From assembly GCA_963761255.1 (NCBI GenBank), contig CAVXGH010000004.1, positions 507,204 through 571,203 of the forward strand: a DNA stretch of 64,000 nt, given 5' to 3'. Below are positions 38,045 to 48,152 of this stretch, one piece after another. The notes under the pieces are model-generated. The model searched no databases, had not been told where the DNA came from, and worked only from the letters and a program-made list of their open reading frames with translations. This DNA is from an uncultured delta proteobacterium. Its GTDB lineage: Bacteria > Desulfobacterota > Binatia > Binatales > Binataceae. The number at the start of each line of letters is the position of its first letter. Position 1 is the first letter of the stretch. The position numbers and the translations under genes were made by a program.

Positions 38045-38069
38045 CATCGAGACTTACCAACCCTCGATG
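38045..38069. terminator. hairpin between convergent genes (possible bidirectional terminator)
   Basis: CATCGAG-11 nt-CTCGATG, a 7-bp stem with no clear U-tract. Confidence 0.25.
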
Positions 38070-38089
38070 TCTAAGTCTGAAGGCATCGA

Positions 38090-40234
38090 CTACCCCAGGC
38101 GCGGTTTGCGACCATACCTCAGCGCGAGTTGATTAGTAGCGCTCCAGATCGAAAGCAATGGTGCGATTGTGATCGGGGCATAGGCCGGTGACAGATAAAG
38201 GAAATGCATGGCGGGGAACGAGGAAACATGGATTATCGCCAGCAGAACCAGACGGCAGGGAACCAGGACCCAGATTGCTGTCGCAAGCCAAAAGACAGGA
38301 TCAACCATGGCTCGCCGCGCGCCCATCATCAATGCCCCAAGGGGAAAAGCGAAAATGCCGACCCAGAACAGGGGTAGCATGAGGAATCTGTAGGCGTGCA
38401 CCAAAAAGGCGCGAGTACCTACTGCCCATCTGACCCGCCAGTCGGAAAAAGGATCCGGTTCTGAACCTGTGTCTGACACGGCAACCACGTCGAAGATGCC
38501 TGGCAAGCGGCACGCCGCACTATCCCCGTTGATCATCGCGTAAGCCGAAACCGAAGCAGCGGATTTCGCGTAACCCTGCCAGCCGGTGCTTGGGCCTGTA
38601 GTCCCAATCGCGCCAACAATATCGGGCCGGTCGAGCCCTCCCGAGGCCAAGCCCACGATGGTGCCGCCAGCGTCAACCAGCGCTATATAGTCCGGGGTGA
38701 TTTTCTCGCCAGGTGACCACGCCCAACCAGTCACCTGCGCTCCGCCGGCAACGACTACTGAGTGGGAAACGTCATCAACATGACCAAGGCATGAGTCTGA
38801 CGGTGCAAGCTTGGCCACCTGGTTGAGGGGTTGCCCTAACCAGTTTTGCTGCCGGGTGGGAAATTTGGCGAATTCGTCCCGAAGCGAGCTTGTCCCTGCC
38901 ATTGGCGTACGAACGGGGCGATTGAGAAACTGCCAGTCCGCGATAACCTGCTCCGGATTGCCGCTGGATCCCGCCTCGATGACCGGCGGTGGAGAGCCAA
39001 ACAGCAGGATATCGAGTCCCTGCCAGAGCAATTGTGGAATCTGCCTCATCTGTTCGCTGGTCAGATGAGGAACCAGCCCATAGGCCTGGCTGTCGCAGAC
39101 CAACAATTTTTGTTGACACGCCGAGGTTACTTCATCGTGAACCTCACGAAAAAACTGCGCGGCTGTCACGGGGCTCTGATAATGACCCGCCGCCTGCGCC
39201 GCGTATCGGAGCACCCATAAAAACCAGCCGCCCGCTATGTCTCCGCAAGTCCACGGGTACCATCTGCAGCCTGACTGACCGATCGGCGCGCCAACGGGGT
39301 CAAGATATTTCTGTAACGATGCGAATGCGGGACTGACTCGATAGACCTTAAGTCGGACTTGCCTGGGAACCGGAAGATACGGAACTGGATTTCCCACCCT
39401 CACATTCTGCAAGGCCTGGACGGCGCTAACGAAATTGGATTCCTGGAAATCGACCCCCACGAAGCTTCCGTAGGCGATAAAATTCAGGCAGCGGAAGGTC
39501 AACATCGTCAAGCCGAAGAAGCATAACATCGAGAGCGTCACAGTTAGGGGAAGACGGACGTTCCGCGACCGCAACCATGTACTAACGAGGGCGCCCAAAA
39601 TCAAAATCGCCACGGCCGGCAGGATCCAGACTCCCTCCTCACGGGTTAGCCAGAACCATCCGAGGACCAGGCCGGCGATCGATCCGCACCATACCGCGGG
39701 TCTTTGCCGGGACGCACAGAACAGAGCGTATGTCAGGATCGCGATTAGCAGCAGGGTTTGTCCGGGATATATCGTCTCACGGACCATCCCATGCAGAACC
39801 AACCCCGGATTCCAAAGGGTGAGTATAAAAATTGCCCACGCCAGGATGTGCGAACCGGTTAGTCGCTTTACCACCCAGGCTAACGCGCCGACCGCGATGC
39901 ATTTGAAAATGCCCTGGCTGATCGTAATTGGAAGTCCGCTCCAGGACGAAATCGCGAGGAAAAGCGGATAGCCCGGCCCCTTCGCCAGGGTGGTTTGACT
40001 ATACGGTCCAAGCCAATAGCCCGCTGCGAGATACTGCCCGTGGGAAAGAAACAACTGGTCATCCAGGGCGGCATTCGCATAGATGGAAATGGGGGTAAAG
40101 GCGCACAGCCCGACATAAAGTGCCGAGAGCAGGCCGGCCAGCATACAGGAAATCAGATTTTTGCGACTGGAAGCGTCGCGGAAGGTTTGCAAATCTCGCC
40201 TACGTTCGCACGGTATCCGAGGTCTTTCAGTCAA
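38090..40234 (-). CDS. large polytopic membrane protein with internal soluble domain (GT-C-like)
   Basis: 714 aa. First-loop motif AALDDQLFLSHGQYLAAGYWLGPY...KGPGYPLFLAI, about 9 N-terminal helices, a soluble beta-rich domain (VTGWAWSPGEKITPDYIALVD...GLDRPDIVG), and C-terminal helices. Confidence 0.6.
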   Translation of the reverse strand: MTERPRIPCERRRDLQTFRDASSRKNLISCMLAGLLSALYVGLCAFTPISIYANAALDDQLFLSHGQYLAAGYWLGPYSQTTLAKGPGYPLFLAISSWSGLPITISQGIFKCIAVGALAWVVKRLTGSHILAWAIFILTLWNPGLVLHGMVRETIYPGQTLLLIAILTYALFCASRQRPAVWCGSIAGLVLGWFWLTREEGVWILPAVAILILGALVSTWLRSRNVRLPLTVTLSMLCFFGLTMLTFRCLNFIAYGSFVGVDFQESNFVSAVQALQNVRVGNPVPYLPVPRQVRLKVYRVSPAFASLQKYLDPVGAPIGQSGCRWYPWTCGDIAGGWFLWVLRYAAQAAGHYQSPVTAAQFFREVHDEVTSACQQKLLVCDSQAYGLVPHLTSEQMRQIPQLLWQGLDILLFGSPPPVIEAGSSGNPEQVIADWQFLNRPVRTPMAGTSSLRDEFAKFPTRQQNWLGQPLNQVAKLAPSDSCLGHVDDVSHSVVVAGGAQVTGWAWSPGEKITPDYIALVDAGGTIVGLASGGLDRPDIVGAIGTTGPSTGWQGYAKSAASVSAYAMINGDSAACRLPGIFDVVAVSDTGSEPDPFSDWRVRWAVGTRAFLVHAYRFLMLPLFWVGIFAFPLGALMMGARRAMVDPVFWLATAIWVLVPCRLVLLAIIHVSSFPAMHFLYLSPAYAPITIAPLLSIWSATNQLALRYGRKPRLG

Positions 40235-40512
40235 CGTGCCATTTTGGCGCTGCGAGGAGCCGACCGCAACCGAAGGTGGCTTCGGGCGCTGCGTAAGACC
40301 AAAGTACCACTGTACGCTGAGCCCGCTTCGATCAAGAATTTGCGCAGTGCGAAGGGAGAACGACGGACCGAATGTCCGCGCGGAGCTATGACGCTTAGTG
40401 GCGTTTCCGATCGCCGCGCGGCTGGCTTCACGAGCCAGCTAACGGATCGCTTGAGTGCCGGGCACCTCGCTTCTCGGGCAGTCGGCTCCTCCTTATCGCA
40501 CATAGGGATGCC

Positions 40513-41070
40513 GTGAATCACAGTTTTCGCGAACGACTTTCAAAAATGCCCTCGACGTTCGGGCACGCGCTGATGGATTTGGTGCGCGAGATGGCGCCGG
40601 TGGTGCTTTTTTTCTTCATCGTCTTCGGCCTCATCGGTCTGTTGTACAAGCTTTTCGTGTCGCAGTACGCGATCGAATTCTCGGCGTTCACCAAAGCGGC
40701 GATCGCCGCGCTCATCATGGGCAAGGTGGTTCTACTGCTCGACTGGGCCGGAACCGGACATCGCTTCGAGCGGGACTTTCCCCGCGCCCTCGTGATCCTG
40801 ATCAAAACGATAATTTACGCCTTCGCTGTGATCCTGGTCGGAATGGGCGAGCGGATCAGGCACGCTGTCCACGAGGCAGGCAGCTTTAATGCCGGCATCA
40901 ACATGATGATAGCCGACGCAAATGTCGATCGATTCCTTGGCTTTGTGTTGCTTATCAGCCTGATCGTCGGATTTTACCTGATGGTCCAGCAGATCAGCCA
41001 GGCGATGGGAAAAGGCGCCTTGATCAGATTGTTTTTCGAGCCACCCGCACACAAGCCCGAATCACCATGA
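40513..41070 (+). CDS. hypothetical membrane protein
   Basis: 185 aa, GTG start, four hydrophobic helices. Family not recognised. Confidence 0.5.
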   Translation: MNHSFRERLSKMPSTFGHALMDLVREMAPVVLFFFIVFGLIGLLYKLFVSQYAIEFSAFTKAAIAALIMGKVVLLLDWAGTGHRFERDFPRALVILIKTIIYAFAVILVGMGERIRHAVHEAGSFNAGINMMIADANVDRFLGFVLLISLIVGFYLMVQQISQAMGKGALIRLFFEPPAHKPESP

Positions 41071-41296
41071 TCGTCAACCTCTGCCCGCGGGTTGTCAGGA
41101 GACCCTCGTGAATCCGGTGTCCTCGACCTTCCTTTTCAAGGCCTCATGCTTATCTCGAATGGTTGCCGCGCTGCCCTCTCGCTCATCTCGGCTGATAGCC
41201 GGGCTGTGATTGCTCGGACAACAAGGTCTCGGCTCTTCGACAGTACGACCAAGGTCTTATATGCAACATCGCGACGACTCGCCAAGATCGGTGGCT

Positions 41297-43816
41297 ATGA
41301 GGATCAAACGGCATCGTCTTAGCCTAATGCTATTTGCAGTATTAGCATTGACAGCGCTATCTACCGCCTCCACTGCGCGCGCACAGCAAATCAATGGGGT
41401 CCCGGGTTCTGCGAACGCCACGGTGACGCTGGAGGGCAAGCAATTGCCGCCGCCGCCGATGCCGTTCGGCGGCGTCATCAAGGAAACCGCCAAGGATTCC
41501 ACGCCTTACTGGCCGCCACGTGTAGTGCCGCCTAAGGGCGCGCCCAATATCCTCCTCATCATGACTGACGATCAGGGCTACGGAGTCTCCAGCACCTTCG
41601 GCGGTGTCATTCCGACGCCGGCATTGGATAGGATTGCCAAGGCCGGGCTGCGCTACACCCAGTTCCACTCCACCGCGCTCTGTTCACCGACGCGCGCGGC
41701 GCTCATCACGGGCCGCAATCATCATTCAGTAGGCTTCGGCGTGATCGGAGAGTTATCCACGGGTTATCCGGGCTATGACTCTGTTATCGGGCCCGATAAT
41801 GCCACCATCGGCACGATTCTCCGCGACAACGGTTACGCCACCTCGTGGTTTGGCAAGAACCACAACACTCCGGGTTTCCAATACAGTGTCGCGGGACCCT
41901 TCGACCAATGGCCGGTCGGGATGGGTTTCCAGTATTTCTATGGATTCATGGGTGGTGAAACCGACCAGTGGACGCCTTACCTATTCCGGAATACGACGCC
42001 GGTCTTTCCATGGATCGGCAAGCCAGGGTACAACCTCACCACCGATCTTGCCGATGACGCTGTGAAGTACATCCACGATCTAAACGCGGCAGCTCCGGAC
42101 AAGCCGTTCTTCGTCTACTATGTTCCCGGCGGCTCTCATTCACCTCACCAGCCGACCAAGGAATGGATCGACAAATTTCACGGTAAGTTTGACATGGGCT
42201 GGGAGAAGCTGCGCGATCAGATTTTCGCCAACCAGAAGCGGCTGGGAGTGATACCGTCGGATACTCAGCTAACTCCGTGGCCCGAAGGGCAGGACGCGTA
42301 TGGTGGTGCTAAGTTACCGCGCTGGGACTCGCTTTCGCTGATCCAAAAGAAGCTTTACGCGCGAGAGGCTGAAGTCTTCGCCGCATACACCGCCTATACC
42401 GACTATGAGATCAATCGCGTGATCCAGGAGGTTTCCGACGAAGGCAAACTGGACAACACTCTGATTATTTACATTTGCGGAGACAACGGTACCAGCGCCG
42501 AAGGTACCTTGGAGGGTACCTTCAACCAACTGACTGCCTATAACGGGATTCTCACCCTCCCCGAAGCGATCCAGATGATGCACTACGAAGACTGGGGCTC
42601 CGACAAGACCTATCCGCACATGTCGGTAGCATGGTCATGGGCATTCGACACTCCGTTCAAGTGGACCAAGCAGGTGGCGTCGCATTTCGGTGGTACCAGG
42701 CAGGGGCTTGCGATCTCGTGGCCCGGACATATAACCGACGCAGGCGGAATCCGCACTCAATTCCACCATGTCATAGATGTAGTTCCGACCATCCTCGAAG
42801 CCACTGGCATTCCAGCTCCTGAGACGGTTGACGGGATCAAACAGAAGCCGATCGAAGGCGTGAGCATGGCTTACACCTTTGACAAGGCGAATGCCAACGC
42901 GCCTTCCACTCACACTATCCAATACTTTGAGATGGTAGGGAATCGCGCGATTTACCACGACGGTTGGATTGCGGCAACCACTCCGCCCGCCCCGCCATGG
43001 GAATTAGGCACCGGCACGCTACCCGACCTTATGACCGGGTACAAATGGGAGCTTTACAACATCAACCAGGATTATTCGGAGAACAACGATCTCGCATCCA
43101 AAGAGCCAGACAAGCTGAAGGAGATGCAGGCGTTGTTCATGACCGAGGCGCCCAAATATAATGTTTTTCCTCTCGATAACTCTGGCTTCGTACGTCTTCT
43201 GACGCCGCGCCCAAGCGCTGTCGCCGGGAAAACCGTCTTCACTTATACGGGTGAGAATTCCGGTATCCCGGTTGGAAATGCGCCCGACATTATGGACAAG
43301 GACTATACCATCACCGCCGAGGTGACGATTCCCAAGGGCGGTGCCGAAGGGATGATCGTGACTCTAGGTGGCCGCTTCGGCGGTTACGGCCTCTACTTGC
43401 ACAAAGGCAAACCGGTCTTCGTTTACAACCTCCTCGATCTCGAGCGGTTTCGATGGGAGGGTGGCCCACTAGGCCATGGCGCGCTCGCAGAGGCCCTGAA
43501 GCCTGGCAAGCATACGCTTGTATTCGACTTTAAATACGATGGACCCGGCCCCGGTAAAGGCGGCACCGGGGTGTTCACAGTTGACGGCGAGGAGTTAGCC
43601 CGCAAGACGATCAAGCACACGATCCCCTTGCTCATGTCCATCGACGAGACCTTCGACGTTGGTGTCGATACCCGCACGCCGGTTGACAACGACTACCAGT
43701 TGCCGTTTCGCTTCACCGGCACCATCGACAAGCTGACCTTCAAGCTGGGACCCTCGCAGTTGACCCCGGCCGACCAGAAAGCCCAGGCGGCAGCGATTAG
43801 TAACGTCAACAACTAG
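41297..43816 (+). CDS. arylsulfatase (formylglycine type) with large C-terminal domain, secreted
   Basis: Signal peptide MRIKRHRLSLMLFAVLALTALSTASTARAQ. PNILLIMTDDQGYG and the sulfatase signature LCSPTRAALITGRNHH are present. Confidence 0.85.
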   Translation: MRIKRHRLSLMLFAVLALTALSTASTARAQQINGVPGSANATVTLEGKQLPPPPMPFGGVIKETAKDSTPYWPPRVVPPKGAPNILLIMTDDQGYGVSSTFGGVIPTPALDRIAKAGLRYTQFHSTALCSPTRAALITGRNHHSVGFGVIGELSTGYPGYDSVIGPDNATIGTILRDNGYATSWFGKNHNTPGFQYSVAGPFDQWPVGMGFQYFYGFMGGETDQWTPYLFRNTTPVFPWIGKPGYNLTTDLADDAVKYIHDLNAAAPDKPFFVYYVPGGSHSPHQPTKEWIDKFHGKFDMGWEKLRDQIFANQKRLGVIPSDTQLTPWPEGQDAYGGAKLPRWDSLSLIQKKLYAREAEVFAAYTAYTDYEINRVIQEVSDEGKLDNTLIIYICGDNGTSAEGTLEGTFNQLTAYNGILTLPEAIQMMHYEDWGSDKTYPHMSVAWSWAFDTPFKWTKQVASHFGGTRQGLAISWPGHITDAGGIRTQFHHVIDVVPTILEATGIPAPETVDGIKQKPIEGVSMAYTFDKANANAPSTHTIQYFEMVGNRAIYHDGWIAATTPPAPPWELGTGTLPDLMTGYKWELYNINQDYSENNDLASKEPDKLKEMQALFMTEAPKYNVFPLDNSGFVRLLTPRPSAVAGKTVFTYTGENSGIPVGNAPDIMDKDYTITAEVTIPKGGAEGMIVTLGGRFGGYGLYLHKGKPVFVYNLLDLERFRWEGGPLGHGALAEALKPGKHTLVFDFKYDGPGPGKGGTGVFTVDGEELARKTIKHTIPLLMSIDETFDVGVDTRTPVDNDYQLPFRFTGTIDKLTFKLGPSQLTPADQKAQAAAISNVNN

Positions 43817-43840
43817 GCCCGCTCTAATACAAACCTGCGA

Positions 43841-43865
43841 GGCAGGTGTTCGAAATACACCTGCC
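43841..43865 (+). terminator. stem-loop downstream of the arylsulfatase gene
   Basis: GGCAGGTGT-tcgaaat-ACACCTGCC, a 9-bp perfect stem 25 nt after the stop, with no U-tract. Confidence 0.3.
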
Positions 43866-43880
43866 CGCATTCGAGATGCG

Positions 43881-44249
43881 ATGAGCCATTTGCTCGCCCT
43901 GACAGCTATCATAGAAGTGCCCACTGGATTGGGCTTGTTGACCGCACCCTCGATGGTGGTTTTACTGCTGCTCGGTTCCGCGCTCGAGACGTCTGCCGCG
44001 GTGACTCTCGGACGCGTGGCCGGCTCCGCTTTAGTGGCACTGGGCGTGGCGTGCTGGATCGCTCGCGGTGACGCGCAAACCAGCGCCGCGGAAGGATTGG
44101 TCGTCGCGATGGTGGTCTACAATTTGGGCGCGGTCGCCATCTTTGCGGCCGTTGGCGTCAGTTCGGAGCCGCGTGGCTTAGCTTTGTGGCCCGCGGTCGT
44201 ATTGCATGCAGTAATGGCCGCCTGGTGTATAGCTGTTCTGATGATCTAA
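43881..44249 (+). CDS. hypothetical small membrane protein
   Basis: 122 aa with four Ala/Val/Leu-rich hydrophobic segments. Confidence 0.4.
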   Translation: MSHLLALTAIIEVPTGLGLLTAPSMVVLLLLGSALETSAAVTLGRVAGSALVALGVACWIARGDAQTSAAEGLVVAMVVYNLGAVAIFAAVGVSSEPRGLALWPAVVLHAVMAAWCIAVLMI

Positions 44250-44328
44250 CATTAACCGGCAGGTGAGCGACCTTCGGTCAGCTATCGTCGCAGGGACGTT
44301 GCCCGGCTTGGATCGGTGTTTGCTGAAC

Positions 44329-45108
44329 CTAGTTACCGGGCTCCTGGACCTTACCTTCGGGATTGTTCGTCGCTTGGCTCATCTGCAGGCCCACCAGGCG
44401 CGCTACCAGGATTGCGAGGTAAAACTGTCCGGTGATTGCTTCGGCAACCGTGGCATAGCGAGCTTGCAAACTGACTGGGGCTATATCGCCTGCTCCAATG
44501 GTCGATATAGTGCCCAGACTGTAATAGCCGAGAATCGGGAAGATCGGCTGGATGTCGAAGGCGCGACTGGAATTGGGCAACACCAGACTCGCGAACGCTC
44601 CCGGTTGGAGCTGGAAAATAATTATGTACAGGAAGCCCCAGGTCACTGCGAGGAGCAGGTACACCGAGATCGCCATGCTGATGGTTTCGGTCGTGACCTG
44701 TCGCTGCTTGAGAACGCTGCGCAACTCGCTCAAGGTAACGAAGACCAGGAACATGAGCCAGCAAATCGCCCCTGCCACATTCACCGCCCGGTCATGCACG
44801 AAAAAGAGCGCTAGGCGTTCCGAAATAGCAGCCGCTGCAAGCACACCTCCAATGATGCGCCGTCGCCTGGCTTGGACAAGTAATCTTCCTCTTTCACCAA
44901 TCAGCTCATCGACGTTGATGTTGTAAAGAGCAACCAGCAGAAGCATCACCAGTACGATGCTGAAAAGTATGGGGCCAGCTCCCACGTCTCCAATGAGCGG
45001 ACGCACCGCAAAGGCGGCTATTATCGCAACCAGCAGAGCCGTATGTCTGTGCGGGGAAAAATAGCGCTTAACTGCACGTCGAAGGTGTTTTAGCACTGTC
45101 GCTCTCAC
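44329..45108 (-). CDS. ion-channel protein (K+-channel-like pore domain, variant filter)
   Basis: Pore-helix/filter region YYSLGTISTIGAGDIAP between two hydrophobic helices. ATGA overlap with the upstream gene. Confidence 0.7.
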   Translation of the reverse strand: MRATVLKHLRRAVKRYFSPHRHTALLVAIIAAFAVRPLIGDVGAGPILFSIVLVMLLLVALYNINVDELIGERGRLLVQARRRRIIGGVLAAAAISERLALFFVHDRAVNVAGAICWLMFLVFVTLSELRSVLKQRQVTTETISMAISVYLLLAVTWGFLYIIIFQLQPGAFASLVLPNSSRAFDIQPIFPILGYYSLGTISTIGAGDIAPVSLQARYATVAEAITGQFYLAILVARLVGLQMSQATNNPEGKVQEPGN

Positions 45109-45917
45109 CTGGTCATGAGAACTTTGCCCGCGGTGCTATCGATATTGTAGATCCAGAAGGCCGATACGTCCTCCTGCATGATCATCGCTACCATGCCAAC
45201 TCCCGGAGCGAAGAAATTGTAGGCTGTGTTCTGAGTATGAGCCGGACCGACCCTGCCTTCGCATTTGACCCTGAAGAGTACGGCAGGGTAGATTCCCGCC
45301 GGAACTGTTACCTGATAGGTTCCGACGTAGGTATAGGTGCCGTTCAAGGTCCCAGAGTATCTTTGGTCGGTCGGATCATCGAGGTAATTGACCGAGACCT
45401 GCTGCGAGTATGCGCGCGTCTCACCCGGTTGCATGCCTCTGGGTACGAATGGGTTGGCGGGCGTAGTTACAACTACCACACCTTCGCCTGGATCGTTGAC
45501 GGCGGGCATCACAAGATCGCCTTCGGGAGTCTGACGGATAAAGCCTGCGAGCGAAGGCGACATTTGAAAGCGCCAAGCTTGCTTGCCGTTCGCCCGATGA
45601 GTCTTAACCAGCGCCAGCGTCTGCGTGTTCCCGGCATTGCGGCCGCCCGTGACCTGATAGGTCGGAGCCCTATCTTGAAGCGGGAAATAAGTTGAAGCAT
45701 CTCCGATAGCAACGCTGGGCAGCGCGCTACCAACCACGCCGGGGCCGAGTTGAGCCGTGATTGTCTGTTGATCCTCCGGCGGTAGAGGCAGCACGACGCC
45801 CTGGGCGCGTCCCGACCCTTGGAGGAAAAGGATCGCTACAAGTGTTACAGCTATAGAGGTTAACAAGGATCGGGCCCGGCGGCTCCTAACCAATGGCTTT
45901 CCCGTAAGATACTTCAT
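45105..45917 (-). CDS. hypothetical secreted protein
   Basis: The internal start MKYLTGKPLVRSRRARSLLTSIAVTLVAILFLQGSGRAQG looks like a signal peptide. The longer tracked ORF overlaps pqiC. The body is beta-rich and the family is not recognised. Confidence 0.55.
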   Translation of the reverse strand: MKYLTGKPLVRSRRARSLLTSIAVTLVAILFLQGSGRAQGVVLPLPPEDQQTITAQLGPGVVGSALPSVAIGDASTYFPLQDRAPTYQVTGGRNAGNTQTLALVKTHRANGKQAWRFQMSPSLAGFIRQTPEGDLVMPAVNDPGEGVVVVTTPANPFVPRGMQPGETRAYSQQVSVNYLDDPTDQRYSGTLNGTYTYVGTYQVTVPAGIYPAVLFRVKCEGRVGPAHTQNTAYNFFAPGVGMVAMIMQEDVSAFWIYNIDSTAGKVLMTR

Positions 45918-45990
45918 ACAAATTCCATCCTTTTTGATGACGATGATCGGCCAACGCCCCACACAAGCAATCGCGTTGGACCTCGGATCG

Positions 45991-46587
45991 TTATTGCTTC
46001 TCGTTTGCCTCGGCCCGGATGGTCGTGGCGATGTCGTTGCTGACCGTCGCGAGTGCCCGGCTATGTGCGGCCGCGAGCGCATCGAAACTGTCGCCCTGCA
46101 CCTCCTCGTGCGCGGTGCTGCGGCCGGAAAGAGTTTCACCGGTCGTGGTCTTACGCACCGACCACACCGCGTCTATGAGCGCGGTCTTGCCGCGGGTGGA
46201 TTCGAAGCGCTGGACCTCAATCGTGACCACGTAGTCCGGGTTGAAGTTTGGCAGCCGCGTGGTCGCCACATTGGGTGTGCCGAGTTGCGCGGCGAGGTCA
46301 CCGGCGACGGCACGCGCGATGCTGTCGTTGAGCGGCGCGGCCCAGCGATTGAATTCGTCGATTTCAACCCGGTTGGCAGCGACTTGAACCACAAACTGTG
46401 GCTGATCGACCGAGGCGGGTACCGCGACCGATCCGATCATGACGGAAGCAGGCGCCGGGAGTGCCGCCCCCGCCGGCGCGGTTGAATCGAGAGTATAGAA
46501 CCGCGACGGAGCGGTAGGGCTGCAACCGGCGGCTATCGCTGTGACGACTCCGAAAGTGAGCAGGAGTGCAATTCGAGCCCGCATCAT
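45991..46587 (-). CDS. pqiC: PqiC-like lipoprotein (ABC-type transport auxiliary component)
   Basis: Lipobox AIAAGC followed by SRFYTLDS, the typical PqiC/YmbA N-terminus. 4-nt overlap with pqiB. Confidence 0.75.
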   Translation of the reverse strand: MMRARIALLLTFGVVTAIAAGCSPTAPSRFYTLDSTAPAGAALPAPASVMIGSVAVPASVDQPQFVVQVAANRVEIDEFNRWAAPLNDSIARAVAGDLAAQLGTPNVATTRLPNFNPDYVVTIEVQRFESTRGKTALIDAVWSVRKTTTGETLSGRSTAHEEVQGDSFDALAAAHSRALATVSNDIATTIRAEANEKQ

Positions 46588-48152
46588 TTTGGCTCCCCTT
46601 TCTTGCCACGAATTAGCGCCTCAGGATGGCGATCGAGATAGTCCGCGAGCACCCGCACCGAGCGCGCGGCCCGCCGAACCTCTTCCAGCGTGCTATCCAG
46701 TTGTTGAGCCTGCGGGGAATTCGGTTTGACGACCGTACCGGCGTTATCGATGGTACCGCGCGCGCTCACCAGGGTCAGATCGAGGTCACCCATCGCCTTC
46801 AACAGACTTTGTGAGATCTGGTCCAGGGGGAGTTTGTTCACTTTCTTGATGATGCCTTCGACGCTCGCTTCCATCGTCTGAAGTTGACCAGGCATCGTTG
46901 GCAACTGCACCGGATCCTGCGACCAATCCACGGTGGCAGGAGGCGCGCCAGGGAAAAAATCGAAGGCGACTATCGCGGATCCGGTCAGGAGATTTCCAGA
47001 CTGCAACTGCGCTCGGACTCCGTGAGCTACCAGAGTGTCGATGAACCTTCGGCGAACGGCTCTGAGATCGGTTCCAGCCGGCAAATCGAGGACTTTGACT
47101 CCGAGTCTCTGCGGGTCGAGATGAATAGTCACCGGCACCGAGAACTTCGCGGTCTTGGCATCGAACTGCGCCCGAACGTCAGCCACCTCGCCAATCTGGA
47201 TGCCGCGCATCTCGACCGGTGCGCCAGGCGATAGACCACGAACCGAGTCCTTGAAGTTGAGCACATAGGTCTGAGGCTCTCGCGGCGGCGCCTTAAAGGC
47301 CTCGTCACGGCTTTCGAACAAAGGAAAGACACTATTGGCTTCCGCGGGCGGAAGCACCGGATCGCTGGCCGCGGTCTCGAACGCGACGCCGCCAATCAAG
47401 ATGGACAGCATCGACTGGGTCTGTACTTTGAGGCCGGTCGCGGAGAGCGACACATCGACTCCGCTCGCATGCCAGAAGCGCGTGTTAGGGTTCACGTACT
47501 GATCGTACGGCGCGCGTACGAAAGCGATAACGGTTAGCGCCTTGCCATCAGGATCAAGCTCATAGGAGGCGACCTGTCCCACTTGCAGGCGGCGAAAAAA
47601 TATCGGCGTACCATCGTCGAGCGAGCCCAGGTCGGAGGTCTTGAGCCTGAACAGCCGCCCGGGAACCTCGCCGGTTACAATCGGCGGAGTCTCGAGGCCT
47701 ACAAACTCGCGCTTGGTTTCCGTTGAAGTTCCGATCTCGAGTCCGATGTATGCCCCGGAGATAAGAGTCCCGAGTCCCGACACATTAGCGCCGGAGATGC
47801 GCGGCCGCACCACCCAGAACTGCGTGTCTTGCGATAGAAACGATTCCGTCTTAGGCGCCATCTGCACGTTGATGATGACAGTCTTATGGTCATCAGCCAG
47901 ACGGATAGTCGTCACCGTACCGATATCGACGCCGTTGTAGTGGATTTTGGTCTTACCCGCTTCAAGGCCCTCGGCCGACTGGAAAACGATCGTGATCTTG
48001 GGTCCTTCGCTGAGGATCCTCGTGACTGCTATCCACACGCCCGCCAGCGCGGCCACGATCGGAATTATCCAGACCAGCGATAGCCGGGTGCGACTCCTGG
48101 GAACCGCCTTCGACTCAGGAACCGAAGGTGTTGGCGCGCCGGGATCAGGCAT
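46584..48152 (-). CDS. pqiB: PqiB-like multi-MCE-domain intermembrane transport protein
   Basis: N-terminal anchor SLVWIIPIVAALAGVW and repeated MCE segments (GLEAGKTKIHYNGVDIGTV, VSLSATGLKV..., GLSPGAPVEMRGIQIGEV). Confidence 0.85.
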   Translation of the reverse strand: MPDPGAPTPSVPESKAVPRSRTRLSLVWIIPIVAALAGVWIAVTRILSEGPKITIVFQSAEGLEAGKTKIHYNGVDIGTVTTIRLADDHKTVIINVQMAPKTESFLSQDTQFWVVRPRISGANVSGLGTLISGAYIGLEIGTSTETKREFVGLETPPIVTGEVPGRLFRLKTSDLGSLDDGTPIFFRRLQVGQVASYELDPDGKALTVIAFVRAPYDQYVNPNTRFWHASGVDVSLSATGLKVQTQSMLSILIGGVAFETAASDPVLPPAEANSVFPLFESRDEAFKAPPREPQTYVLNFKDSVRGLSPGAPVEMRGIQIGEVADVRAQFDAKTAKFSVPVTIHLDPQRLGVKVLDLPAGTDLRAVRRRFIDTLVAHGVRAQLQSGNLLTGSAIVAFDFFPGAPPATVDWSQDPVQLPTMPGQLQTMEASVEGIIKKVNKLPLDQISQSLLKAMGDLDLTLVSARGTIDNAGTVVKPNSPQAQQLDSTLEEVRRAARSVRVLADYLDRHPEALIRGKKGEPK

